Source: Phoronis australis
Lineage: Eukaryota > Animalia > Phoronida
Direction: 5' to 3'
DNA: 64,000 nt
Assembly (NCBI GenBank): GCA_002633005.1
Contig: NMRA01000011.1
Span: 311,970-375,969, forward strand
The translations under genes were made by a program, and so were the position numbers. Below are positions 51,770-64,000 of this stretch, piece by piece (position 1 is the stretch's first letter; each line of letters begins with the position of its first letter). A model generated the notes under the pieces. The model did no database searches, was not told the origin of the DNA, and saw nothing but the letters and a program-made list of their open reading frames with translations.

Positions 51770-52339
51770 CAGTGGCGGATCTACGGGGGGGTTCAGGGGG
51801 TTTAAAACCCCCCCTCGGGCCAGGACCCAAAAATTAAAAAAAAACAAAAGCGTCTCCAGCAAAACAAAAACGGCACTCCCAGCGTGTGTAAACCCCAAGT
51901 AAACCAACTTGGAAAAAATTGAGGGGGGGTTCACTCTGAAAATATAGTTTTTTGAGTTGTGAATTGCTGAGTCTTTGTGGCTCATCGGCAAAACGCGCGG
52001 GGATTTATTGTGCGCGCGCTTCCGTCGACACTTGTAAAGTAGCCAAGCATTTTAAATGGATTCACCGCTGAAAGAGCAGTTCTATAGCTGATTTCTTTAC
52101 GTATCTAGCTTCTTTACTCTAAGATATATTTTGATTTGATTAGGGGAAGTACTGCGGTGCCGCAGCCCTGATATTCAGGCGAATTGATGTGCAACGTTTT
52201 TACCTCATCTGTCATGCCGTGTCATTCTATTACACTCCACACGTTTGTAACTGATGTATAGTAAAGTTGTCTTGCGCAATATCATACATTGTACATGTAC
52301 ATGTAATATTGTGTACATGTACATGTAATATTTTTGAAA
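51770..52339 (+). mobile_element. Insertion beginning CAGTGGCGGATCT (MITE-like), truncated by the N at 52340
   Basis: Starts exactly where copy 1 diverges from copy 2 (ccatacacg|); G/C-run hairpin ggggg-tttaaaa-ccccc. Confidence 0.55.
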
Positions 52340-53010
52340 NAGAGGAAATTTAAGTGATACCTGCGTGCTGGCGCGGCTACCGCCCCATCTAGCGGCACGC
52401 AGGGAACCAGCGAGCACACACAGGTAGCCATGTGACACGAAGATTCTCGGTAGCACCCCGACGAAAGGGCCCAGGAAGAGCCTGTCCGTGAAAGCTAGGT
52501 CCGCAAACACAACCACTAACAGCTGGTGCATTGAAGCACGTTAGCACATTAAATATGCTAACGTGCTTCGCTTTCAATGCATAAGTCGATACCTCAAAAG
52601 TCGTTAAGTGATGTTGCGTTTTCGCGAGAGTTTTGTTCGCTTACGAAACGGAGCTAGAGTCTTACTATCCATTGAAATTAGAGGGATAGTATCGTTTTTT
52701 TAGCTGGAAAACGCAATTTTGTGATTATTGTTGAAAGTATAGCCGTCTTGGTGTTGTTAGCATTGACCAGTGCTATAAAACACCAACAGTGTTTGCATTA
52801 TATTATTACAAATGGCCAATTCTCTCCACATTTGTTGAAATCTCAAGATCTGTGTCCTATACGCTTAGAATACTCTGGTATTAAACGTGTCCGATTTGGT
52901 TCAGCGGTAGAGCATTCGGATGCTTTATGGAGTTCGTGGGTTCGATGCCACGTCACTGCTAATTTCTGTAACTTCAAATTCTATTGGGTGTCTTTTCGTT
53001 GCATATAATT

Positions 53011-53110
53011 GGTCTCGTGGCTTAGTTGGTTAAAGCGCCTGTCTAGTATATAGTCAGAAAAGACAATACGAGGAAACAGGAGATCGCGTGTTCAAGTCAC
53101 GCCGAGGCCT
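53011..53110 (+). tRNA. trnT-AGT: tRNA-Thr (AGT) with a 26-nt intron (53049-53074), second copy or allele
   Basis: Same structure; differences are C3>T (G-U wobble), T-loop TTCAAGT and one intron substitution; followed by TTTTT. Confidence 0.9.
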
Positions 53111-53964
53111 GTCGTTTTTAGTTTCATAACACAGCCCAGTAAGCCTACGAATAATGTGGGGTCTGTCTTACTACGCTTTTTGTGCAGTCTCATCGGAGAC
53201 TTACGTTGGCAAAGTGACAACATTTGTGTGAAACAGTAGCAGTGACGGTGACGACAACGACAACGGTAGCGGTGACGGCAACGACAGCGGCAGATGCATC
53301 GGCGACAGCGGCAGCATTAGATCTACATGTCGTCGAGGTTGCAGTACAAGTCATCTGTGACAACTATCATTCCCTGTTTTAAGATGATATCATTTCTTAT
53401 TGTTTTGTGCCTCAGGTTCAACATGGAAAGTCGCACTAATTTCCTAATAAAAAGAATAAAAGATTACGAAGAGTGTCAGTAAGTAGTTGAAATGTTGTTT
53501 CCCTTATTCTTAGGGACGGTATACGGAGAACCCAATGCAAGACGTGGGTACAAGAAAAAATAAATAAATGATTGCTGTTGAATTCTTCTTTAAAAAAAAC
53601 GCGCATAGCACATCATCTAATGCGAATGAAATTTCAAAACTTCAGCTTTTGACGTACAGTAGATGGCTTAAGTTTAGCTCCATCAATCGTTAGCGAGCAG
53701 AGCTGGTAAAATTAATTATCCTCAATCCTTGCTTTTGCGTCTGGATGGACACGGTCTTCTACTGTCACTAATTTTACTTGATATTTTGATTGTATTGTGG
53801 CAAAAAAGTGTTGCTCATATTCCGACTGGCCAGTGGAGAGAACTCAGAAAAAGCAATCAGTACTGCGCGATTTTTTTCAAGTATGTATGAGCGGATATAG
53901 GAGCGCCCTCAGGGATTTAAATATGAAAACGCCGTCGGCATGCCGGTGTCATGGGTTCGCCAGA

Positions 53965-56900
53965 TTAGAAGCTAAGATCTACCAAATCGCTGTCAGTGTC
54001 ACATTCGGCATATTTTCTCAACACGTATGACTTGCTGTTGACGCTAATGGAGTCGTTATTTTCAGTCCACTCTCTGTTGGAGAACACGTCATCCTGTGAA
54101 GTCACCGACTCGGCCTGTGACGGGCTCCGTGATTGGTCCTCCTTCCAGATGACGTACGTGTAGCGCGTGCTGATCACTACGAAAACCACCAGGATCAGAA
54201 GAAGCAGCAACGCCAGACTGAACATGTAGTAACTCAAGTACTGATGGCTTGTTGTGATCCACGGACACTCTTCTACAAATCAAAATAGCTTGAGTTTTAT
54301 ACTTTTAATGGGATTTCGAACTGCAATCCTGTCGAAACTTCATAAATATCAGAACTGTAGTTAGGTAAAACTACTGAGGGAATCTGCCTCCCGGGCGCCC
54401 AAAATAATTGCCCCCCCCCCCAGGTCGTCGCAGATTTCAAAATATCCTTTTTCGCCACAACTTCCACGCCTCGCCCAGCCATCGCCGTCACATTCACGCC
54501 TAGCCCTCCCGCTCACAGTCAACAGTAAGGTGTCATCTTAACTCTACAGCGAGTTTTTAAGTTACAGTGGGGCACGCGCCCTGGGAGCTATTATAATTGA
54601 TAAGTAAGTTAAAACTTACTGCGGGACACGCCCGAAACCCCTGCTTCTTACGGCCCTGAACTCCAAGTATCGTCAAAGCATCGTGAAGTGTGATGCTGAC
54701 CTACCCTTCGCATAGTCTACACTTCCAGTCGATGATTCACATAAATGACAAGTCTTAGATTTCTCTATTAGCCCGATTAGGACCATACACGTACATGTAC
54801 ATGTATACACGACCAGTTGGGCCGAAATAATGCATTTTATTCAAGATATTATAACAGTACTGAATTATTTCGCATTTACTACTCGCATGACTGTATGCTT
54901 CGCTTATACATGTAGGCGCATGTGGCTACCTCGTGAACGCATATATCTTAATGGACATTTTCTTTGTCTTTTGAACCTTTTGCTACTTTGGATTTTTACA
55001 CCTACTGAGTTGTCGTTGATAACTTTTATACCAATCAACATGTACCGTTTTGCAACGACTAAGTCAAGCTTCACCGCGCGCTATTTTAATAACTTTTTGC
55101 TACGTTTCTACGTAAACTCGCATTTCGCCCAAGAAACGGACTTTTGATTTTTTAGACCATTTACCTCTATGAAATATGTCTGAACTTGTTCCTTACTGAC
55201 AGTTAGGAAGATAATTCTGGGTTTGCAAAGAATTGACAATTCCGCATGTGCCTCCCCCCCCCCCNTGAGCAAAAAGGTCTGCCTCGGTGAAACAAAAAAA
55301 TCCGAGTAAACGAGACAAAAGTCCACAAATTCCCAAGGGAAGTGGGCGCGGATGCACAATTCGTGAGCCTGAGCCTAGTGCTCCCGTTTTTTTAGTCCTC
55401 GTTGATTTTTTTCACTAAAAGGTTTCCCCCCCTCCTATAATTTAGGCTGGGTGCGCGCATGTTCCGTGTTCGCTGAGACCACTCCCAGTGCATAAAACGT
55501 CATGCCGTGATAAACTAACTTGCAGAGCAATAGCAAACTATCAGTATATTATTTTCGAGGTCCTGGAATTGCATCCAATATGACCGTCGTGAAATAGCAG
55601 AGCACTGTTATCGTTCTGAAGTATTTACCCGTAATACAACGCATGTGTCGAGCACTTCCCCTGCTTCTTTACACGCTAATGTATTAGTCACTATCTCGTA
55701 TCTTAATTATTTTGTAAATCACAACAGCAATGAAGGCAAACTTGTAGAATTGAACTTTTAGTTTTAATGCCCAAAACAAGAAATTGGAAACGCTGTGACT
55801 TAGTGACACTTGGCGAAATCGACTGGATAATCATCTGAGAAAATAGTACTGTCATGCAATGCGTCTATCTACCGCCGCAACAGAGAGTCCAACGCAAAGA
55901 AGGCCTATGGGTCCGAGAAACAATTTCAGACCAATTTTATAGCTGTAAATTAAAAGTTCAATTTGTGATGGAAGGTCGGTTTACGGCACTTTTAAATGTT
56001 TGCGCATAGGCGCTTGTCCCTAATTCAGGACACAGGCGTATCGCCACATATAGGCACGTGGATCCTAATACGCGTACTAATGATATGCAGTCNGTTTCCG
56101 TCTAAGTGCAAAAAGTTTTGCATTACAACTATTTATTTTGATACTAAAAGGAAAATGATCCTTGTGAATGGGTGACTCACCGTAGTTGGATACAAACTGC
56201 GCAGCAGTAAACATCGCGTACGCCACTGCGCACGCCAAACCGCGTGCACATGATAGCAGACCGCACGTTGTTCCTTTTAAACCGGCAGGCGCTTGACTGA
56301 TGGCAAATTCTAAGCCTGTGAGGAAATAAATATCTCGCTAGAAATCCTGACGCCTTCATGGCCTTCAGTAACAGGTTCCTCCTTGTCGTGCAAAGAGTTG
56401 TGAATAAAATTGGTTTAACAGAAGTATCCCTGTTTCATCTAAAGTGAGTAGGCCTGCACTGTGTTTAACGCAAAATTGGTCTCATAACATTCCTTACGAG
56501 CTATGATACCATTTCCGTCGCCGATTCTATTAACAAGCAATGCGCACATGCACCATTCTCAATTTTGCAATTTTAGAGTTGACCAACGCCAATAAAGTCG
56601 TAAGTGTTTTCTTGAGTCGCCAAAGGTTTCGATGTTGGTAACGGAAATAGAATTTTATCACCTGAAAGATTCCTAAAAGACGTTTTGTTTTGTTTTTTTG
56701 TTTGTTGTTCCTTTTACAGCTAAATGTGGCAAAATACAGCTTTAAGTAATGAGATGGGTAAACCATAGGGAAATGAAACAATTAGGAACTAAGATGACTA
56801 CCGACAAACTTGCTTCAAATTGGACATCATCAAGAAAGATCACGAATGAATATCGATGTCAACTCTAGGAATTGATTTTTATACTGTATAATGTAAAAGC

Positions 56901-59900
56901 TAAGGTAAACGTGCTTACACAAAACGTGCATCAACACTTCACCCACTGACACCGGAAGCAACTGCACGATGACAGAGACACATGAGAAGTTCTGTAGATT
57001 TGTCAGCAGTAGACTGGCCGCCACAACTAGTGATGCAAAATTGAGGATCATAGCTAACCCTGCAACAGATATCGTTTTGTCACAAGATTGTATCAACGTG
57101 GAGGGAAAAATATTACATAAGCATTCGCGTATATTCCGAAATTAGAAGAACGATGTCCCGGGTTCATCTTCGTTTGTTCATCCATTTAGATTTTGGGTTG
57201 CATCATCAACAGAAAATACAACTTGGTTTTAGTTATGGAAGAACTATAGATTACTGAATTATAGTTTGATATCCAGACAGAGAAAACGACCCAAGGACAA
57301 CTGGCAACTTAAGTACATGTAGTTGTTTTTCAGATACTAAAAACACAATTGAAGAACTATTATCAGATTCTATGTAGTGAAATAGCCTAACTTCACCTAT
57401 TCCTTTTAGACGAGTAACACAGCTGAAGCTTCTTTCAGCAATTCGAAATGACACCATGATCACGGGCAACAGCGAGGATCCGATGACGCCATCCAACATT
57501 CGAATGACCACGTTGTTGTAGTAGAGAGTGCCGTTGGATTGGTCAAACATTTCTTGAAACATTTTTGTGAACACAAAATTTTCGTCGCCAAATCGGTTGA
57601 AAGTCTGAAGCAGAGAAAATATATTAACGTTTTTGGTGATCACATATTAGTGGCCCTTTTCCGCATTTTCTGAAATCGTTTATTTCAGCCAAATCTTTCA
57701 CAGTAAAAAGTGATACCCTGATGTCGAGAAAAATATTTTCTTACTTGAAATTTTATTAGAAGTCAGGATCGATGAAGCAACGTGTTGCCGGCCGGGATTA
57801 ACGTCCTCTCCTTGAGAACACGCGCCCGTGGTGCAGGCTATTCTTCGCCTCATTTTCACTGTCGAACCCGAACTACGGCAGCAGAAAATTTACCGCAGTA
57901 ATAGAACCTTTATCATTCTTTAAAAAGCACTTACTAAAAACTTTGCTAAACACTCACGACGCTCAAAAATCCCTGACCAAGAAAGATGGTGTACTATTCT
58001 GCATGTGCTTGTGCGCGCTTGTATTTCAGCATTCGTGGTCTCAGCTTTTTCGTGCGTGATAACAATTCGTGAGGTGCATGGTAAGTGCTTGAGAAGAATG
58101 GTAATTGTTCCATCATGTTGGTAAGGGTTCTGCTTCCGTTTTGAGTGTTCATCGGTCTCGATTACCATCCTTGAGCATTGTCCGACTTAAAGGTGGCTTA
58201 CCTCGTCCATCACTCCATAACTCAGAATTAGAACGGCGAATATTGGCAAGAGATTAACAAGCTGCTGTATGTTTCCAACCACCAGATGCTCACAGCTGTT
58301 GCTTCTTTCGAAGATAAATCGCTGGTTTCTTTGACACTTGGTTTTCTTGAAGCATGGTAATGCCTCTCGTAATCGCTTTCTCGTTGCTCTTACCATGTTA
58401 AGAATTACTCCCCCTGTGGACAGAAACGCATTCTAAGAAGGATCTTAGTAAGGAAAAACATGCACGAAGTTTTTTGTACGTGTTCAGTGAAGAAACGCGC
58501 AAAACAAATGAAACTTGTTATCTAGTCTTGAAGAAGTTTTCCTTAAATTTCCCTCTAGGTAACGACATGTCCAAGGCGCTATTCACCTGAAAGACGTTGT
58601 TGCGCAACTTACTGCTAAGTTTCGTGTCTTGTTCACTTAATGGAAGCATGGCTGCAGAGGCGACAAGAAGAAGAAGAGCCACGCCCGTACTGGCTAAAGT
58701 ACAAACTGTGATGGCCTCAAGCTTTTTCATGCTCCGACAGTTGGAGTACCACAAGACCACTGATGCAGCCGCTGTACCGCCTATCTTGTACGGAAGGGCA
58801 GAGCTACGGATGAAAACGAATGAGAAGAGATGCGCATGGGTCAAAGCTCATTTCTCGTCTTCATGCTACCACCGTATTTTTATGAATGCCTTTTGGGGAT
58901 GCTTCTATTATTTTGACAATGTTACATGTTAGTATTAAGTTATGTATTTACATACCGACACATCATCAGCTCATGCATGTAAGATGCTCTATTTATAGAG
59001 AGCGTTTTAATCTTTTTGATATGCCTTTTGCAAAACAGAGATAATTACATGACGTACATACCAAATGAAGGAATAGTTCAGCGCGGTCTTTTTGCCGAAG
59101 AACAGACAGAATTTCCCGTACATGTACATGAAGAGATTGAGCTTCGTCAATCCGCTGCCAAACGCAATTAGGAATGAACCAGAAACGAATAGTACCGCAT
59201 GCTCCTGGAAAATAGACGAACTTGTGAAAGAATTAGTGGAAATATTGCGTGGTTTCCATCATAAATTAACAATATATTTTTGGAGATGCTATTAGGTCGA
59301 GTTTGAATAACGTATTAAATATTTCAAGCCTTCACTTTGATGAATGTACTTCACATGTGTCGGAATGGGACAACTGTGCTCACCAATCGGCATACATCGG
59401 AAATACCTCCGTGTGTTTTGTATTAATATCCTGTTCATGAAATCAGCAAGTACTCTTGCAGGAAAATAAGCAGGGCCAAGAACTCCAGAGGGACGCGGTG
59501 GTTTAGTAGTCCATTTCGCGGACTACGATTAGCTCAGTAGAAGCAAGAAGCGGATGTCGGGGGCACGTGACGTCCAACAATTTTCGGTGTCAGGGTCGAA
59601 GTTTGGGCAGGGATGAGGAATTACGAAATTGTCCATTGAGGTAGAAATTTTGGAGTGCCGATAAGGGAAGACTGCTTGTCGAAATTCAGTATGTCTGTGC
59701 CCCATAAAATCTTCTTACCTTCCTAAAAGATCGTGTGTACATGGAGATCACTAAACATCAAGATTTGACAGAAAACTGGGCAGACGTACCTGCAAGATGT
59801 TGACGTCATAGTTACAACTGTAGGCAGCAATGAACATGACGAGTGATCCTGGAAGAATTGTAAAACCGTGTTCAATATAGAAAGAAAATTCTCTCGCGGA

Positions 59901-61985
59901 GTTTCTGGAGAAGACAAGTTGTAGTTGGTGGTGGTGACGCTGTAGTCGTGTTGTTGTTATTGTTGTTTTCATTTCCGTTGTTGTTGCTGATGTTGTTGAT
60001 GTTAATGAGTGGCTAGACCTTTAACAACAGACCAGTCTCGCTACTGGTATAATACGTTATTCAGAATCACTGGAAATTACTGTAGTTATCAGCTGGAATT
60101 CAAGTATCGTATCAAACTCAATGTTCGTGTGTCATATTATCTGAATCCGTTGTGTGTGTACCGTTGTGTTTATCAAGGGGTGAAATAACAAGAAATTGTG
60201 TCAAACATTAATTAATCAGTCTCCATCGCTTTTACAATCATGATTTCCGTGTTTTCTGGACACGCATATGCCCATGTAGGATCACAGTAAGGGAGTATGA
60301 TGCGCTTTACCCCAATAATCTGCAGCCTCAGAGGCGCAACCGTAATACGAGGGCTGTGTGGGACACCAACTCGGGCTATAATTGTTGAACAAATGTGCGT
60401 GTCATCACTTGTTCCATTCAAACACATCCGCTTATTTCTGACAACATCTGTAACCAATCTTTTGTGGCCCTTATTACCTGACACGTAAAAGATGCCTCCA
60501 AAGATCGCCGACTCCAGACGGCCAAAAACGTCTCCCAGCAAGCCGCCGATAAGGGGCAAGAAGTATTCAATACCTGAAAACAAAATAAACTGTCCTCCAT
60601 ATTTACTAATTTTAAAGGAACGATTTATTCAGCGTAATTAGACCAAACAAACAGTAGAAACACTTACACATATGATGGTTTGAACGAACTGCGAAGACGA
60701 ATAAACTACAATTCACACCTGATACAGTACATCTCCATTTTCTGCTTGGACTAGTAGGAACTTGGCTACACTGGTTGTAACATTGATATCTTGTGATGTC
60801 ATCAAGCGAGCAAAACCAATTACAACATTTGAAATGCCCCATTTTCGTCAACGGTACCTATACAAAGGACTTACTGAGAAGAAGTGGCATCTTCTCTCAA
60901 TAATTTTCATCTTAAAAGAAAACAAATAAAGCTTAATTTAGATTGTTATGATGCTGCTCTTACTGTATTGAGTAAAGTCTTCACAATTTTACAGTTTGAT
61001 TAAATCTCCGAGGGCGGATACACAGTGCCTTAATAGTAAAATTAGATGTAAGTAGGAGCCCAAAGCCCACCGTATCACCTTGAGCACTGAACGTAACTTA
61101 CGGCGCATAGGCGCTACGTTCAAATGTCAAAAGGTGGTTGGTTGCGCCTACGTGCACATACGTGCGCCTACGCCCCACTACAGTACTGCGGATGCATGAA
61201 ATACATATTTCAGATCATTGTGTAATTTGATAACTTCCGCTTTCAGAGATAATGGAAATATGCTTGGGCCTGCCATTCAACATGCACGCCGTGTTCTCCA
61301 TGTTATAAATCATTCAGACATGGCGTTACCTGGATCATAATTATTAAACCAAAAATTAAGGTTTAGCGTGATTTTCAAATATCAAAAAGTAATGCCATGG
61401 ATGGGTTTATTATTCGATAGCAGTGACCATGCCATAGCCGGCCAGAACTGGGTTGTCTTGAGAATGGTCAAATTTCAACCTTAACCAACAATTGGTTAAA
61501 GAAAGCTTTCAATCATATGTTTCAAGGTGTCATTTTTGCCGCTGATTCAGTATAATAGCAAAAATATTAACAGTGAGACCTTCTACCCCGAACCTCACCT
61601 CTACCTCCTTTATTTGAGTATTTTGAGTACAAATATTGACGTCTAAATCTGGTTTACCTTCAATAATCCAACAGAAGTGTTGTCGACGGAAATGCGTCTG
61701 ACCGCTATGTTCAATCTCCGTTTCTTGCTTCGTTCTCAATGGCACAACGAACGACTGGCTATCCACCCTGCCGATCAAAATGAGTGTTGTCATGCCGTAA
61801 ACTGCCATGCGCTCGAGTAGAATTGAGATGCCCAGCATGAAGAGAGCGATCACGTGTCTCTTCTTCCGCTCTGAACTGGGAGGTCGATACTCCGCCCGGC
61901 TTGCCTCAAACAACATTGTAGTCACGTCACAAGACTGCGACGACGACTCCATATATTTCTTCTTACTACTGGGCAGCGTGGACAT
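53965..61985 (-). CDS. SLC15/POT (PTR2)-family MFS transporter, SLC15A4-like but divergent; 10 coding exons, ~606 aa
   Basis: Exons: 61985-61658, 60573-60478, 59848-59790, 59204-59062, 58803-58613, 58413-58202, 57604-57397, 57059-56919, 56315-56181, 54272-53965. Total 1821 nt, all GT-AG and phase-consistent, no internal stop. Motifs: LLERMAVYG, PLIGGLLGDVFGR, LIAFGSGLTKLN, LLPIFAVLI, VGEVL, LEFAISQAP, YYMFSLA. Confidence 0.88.
59930..60003. repeat. Imperfect (TTG)n tract in an SLC15 intron
   Basis: Seen directly. Confidence 0.8.
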
Positions 61986-63465
61986 GCTCAGTTTTTAAAC
62001 TCACTCTGTGGTAGACAGGATAATCAGAACGAAAAGTAGTTCAAATTGGCCTGGGTAATGCTTTTTTTCCCTTCACAGTTTCGATCCCTGGTGCAGGTCC
62101 TTTTGTATTCTTTTTCAATTAATCGGGTATCTTCGTGTAGGTATTTTCGAGTTTCGGACACCTTGAACCATTCTCAAAATTTTAGCACTTCTTTGCATCC
62201 AAGCACAAGCAGCCTAATAGTTCTTATAGTTTTTGGCTGGACAAATCTAACAACAGTTTAGCTCCAACATTGCGAAACACTGAAAATGATGTTGTAGACA
62301 ACGTCTACCTGACAGCTATGGCACTCAGTAATAATTTCATTGTTTTATCACCAAGCTATTTTGATCCCAAACGTGATTTTAATCCGATTCACATATGAGG
62401 ATGAGGCTTTAGGGAATATCATGAGATAATGCCTACAGGTCAATTTGCGCGTCATTTTAGCGGTGCCTTTGCTAGTGCTGAGTCATTACGAAGCGTCACC
62501 ACGGGTTTCGTGAGCGTCAAAGGCGCCAATGCCACCAATGAATATTATTCCGTAAGATGTTCTTTGGAATGTTAATGATAAAATAGTTTTGCATTGTTTT
62601 CTATTGAATACAAAAAATGTATTATTTAATATGAATTAGTTGATAGTTGGGAGCGGGTTAGAATGGGGAGCACGACAGACGACCAAAACAAATATGGCTG
62701 TCACGTGGGCGGAGTTTAGCGTTGATCTATTGTCTGCTGTACTGGTGTGTCGACCACACATCATTAAAGAGGAAATTGCAAGGTCCAAACCAATCTGAAC
62801 AACAATATGGTCTAAATTCTAGTTTATAATTATCATTGCTATATTCTTAACATTAACTGAATTGTACGCCGCTATACAAAGTTATTTACATATTTAGTGC
62901 CGTGGTGTTGTAACGCCATCGTTGTAACGGAGAATAGAAACGTTCGTTACACATCTGTGACGTGGTGTTGGGGAACACAAAGGAAGCAATGTGTGTCCAA
63001 GTGAGTACAGCAGCGTAGATGAGAAATACTTTGAACGATACAGGGACGGATATAGGTGGACTTTTCAGACGATTCCGACCTGTCGGACGTGGAGGTAGAG
63101 GTGACAGATTCCAGAGGAACAATATGTGTTCACAGCTTTTCTGTAGTGGAGCCGTTCTCCCTCGATCCCTTTCACGGCCCTTCCTCTGGTCGCCGAAGAC
63201 TCACTCCCAGCGGGTTCGTCCTGTGAACGTCAACAGGCTGAAGGTGCGCAGGAGTTGCAATTAGATGTTAGTGATTGGTAAGAATATTATCAATATGTAT
63301 CCTACAACCGCGAATTATAACTTGGTCTTTTTTAATTCAAAAGTAGGTGCTTTACCAGTCAGCCCCAGGCGCCCATATCCCCATTGGTGAATCGTGTTTA
63401 AGCTGTGGTTAAATACCAGTTTCAGTGATAATACTGGGATTCTTTTGTCTCTGGTTATTTGTAGA

Positions 63466-63523
63466 CAGTGTGGCTCAGTGGTTTGAGCTCGTGAGACTCA
63501 GGTTCGAATCCTGGGTTTCACTG
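63466..63523 (+). mobile_element. tRNA-derived SINE head or tRNA pseudogene
   Basis: A-box TGGCTCAGTGG at 63471-63481, B-box GGTTCGAATCC at 63501-63511, CAGTG/CACTG closing stem, anticodon arm deleted. Confidence 0.6.
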
Positions 63524-64000
63524 GCATGCAATTGCATGAGCATTGAACAAAATTGTCTCATACTTCTCCGAGACTGAGCGGGGTGTTACTAGTGAGTGAA
63601 TAAATGTATGCAAGGGAATGAATGAGAACCACTTCGGAATAATCGACTGTGAATTGTAAAGAAGAGGATGAAAGAATTGCAATTTTATAATTTAGACTTT
63701 CTCACCTTGGTGCTGGGGGAAGGCATAATTCTATTGGTTATAGAACAAGTCATTTCATTTTTGTACTCAAGTCAACTCGGACCTATATCAATCTACACAT
63801 GTGTTCCAAAACAGTTTTATTTTGTAAGGCGATGCTTGAAATGGAAACAACCATTTCATGTCGATGTACATTGACCCAATGTTGCCATTATTTATAAATG
63901 AAATATGGTACATGGCTTGGTTACGAGTCGACTTGGGTAGGAACCGCCTGGTAAAGTTTCTATAGAGTAAAGAGAGCATACCATTGGATTGGTGATTGCC

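Larger units (their letters stand above)
49351..54791. repeat. ~2.4-kb direct duplication (49351-51769 and 52415-54791) containing tRNA-Thr and the last SLC15 exon
   Basis: Copies are near-identical with scattered SNPs and indels; the N at 52340 lies between them. Confidence 0.9.

Noticed and set aside
59384-59430. 47-nt phase 0-to-2 exon candidate (DINTKHTEVFPMYAD) as a mutually exclusive alternative
   Set aside because: Exon 59204-59062 has the same phases and carries the conserved TM4 motif; using the short exon would delete a helix
60311-60353. Candidate 43-nt SLC15 exon with an in-frame TGA (possible selenocysteine or readthrough)
   Set aside because: Not needed: exon 59848-59790 joins exon 2 in phase and continues the TM helix without a stop, and the acceptor here is weak
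62886-63979. Minus-strand exon-like pieces upstream of SLC15
   Set aside because: No sustained reading frame; they may be 5' UTR exons (an acceptor lies at ~62006) or the end of a neighbouring gene, which cannot be resolved here

Overview
This is AT-rich, intron-rich animal genomic DNA, not prokaryotic, so the ORF track mostly shows noise or exon fragments. The repeat style and gene content suggest a marine invertebrate, possibly a deuterostome; this is inference only. Splicing exons by hand with GT-AG sites and phase checks gives two minus-strand genes. (1) The 5' part of a polycystin-1/REJ-like receptor (signal peptide, WSC, PKD-type domains; ATG at 22394, a 19-nt microexon, running off the left edge). 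(2) An intact but highly divergent 10-exon SLC15/POT-family transporter (61985-53965, about 606 aa). Downstream of the transporter lies a structurally intact tRNA-Thr(AGT) gene with a 26-nt intron at the canonical 37/38 position, the most unusual item in the window. It occurs twice, inside a ~2.4-kb duplication that is probably two haplotypes joined at an N. The rest is transposon debris: two decayed THAP-coding DNA elements, several MITEs, a Penelope-like inverted-repeat remnant with hammerhead-like cores, a LINE relic and a tRNA-derived SINE head.
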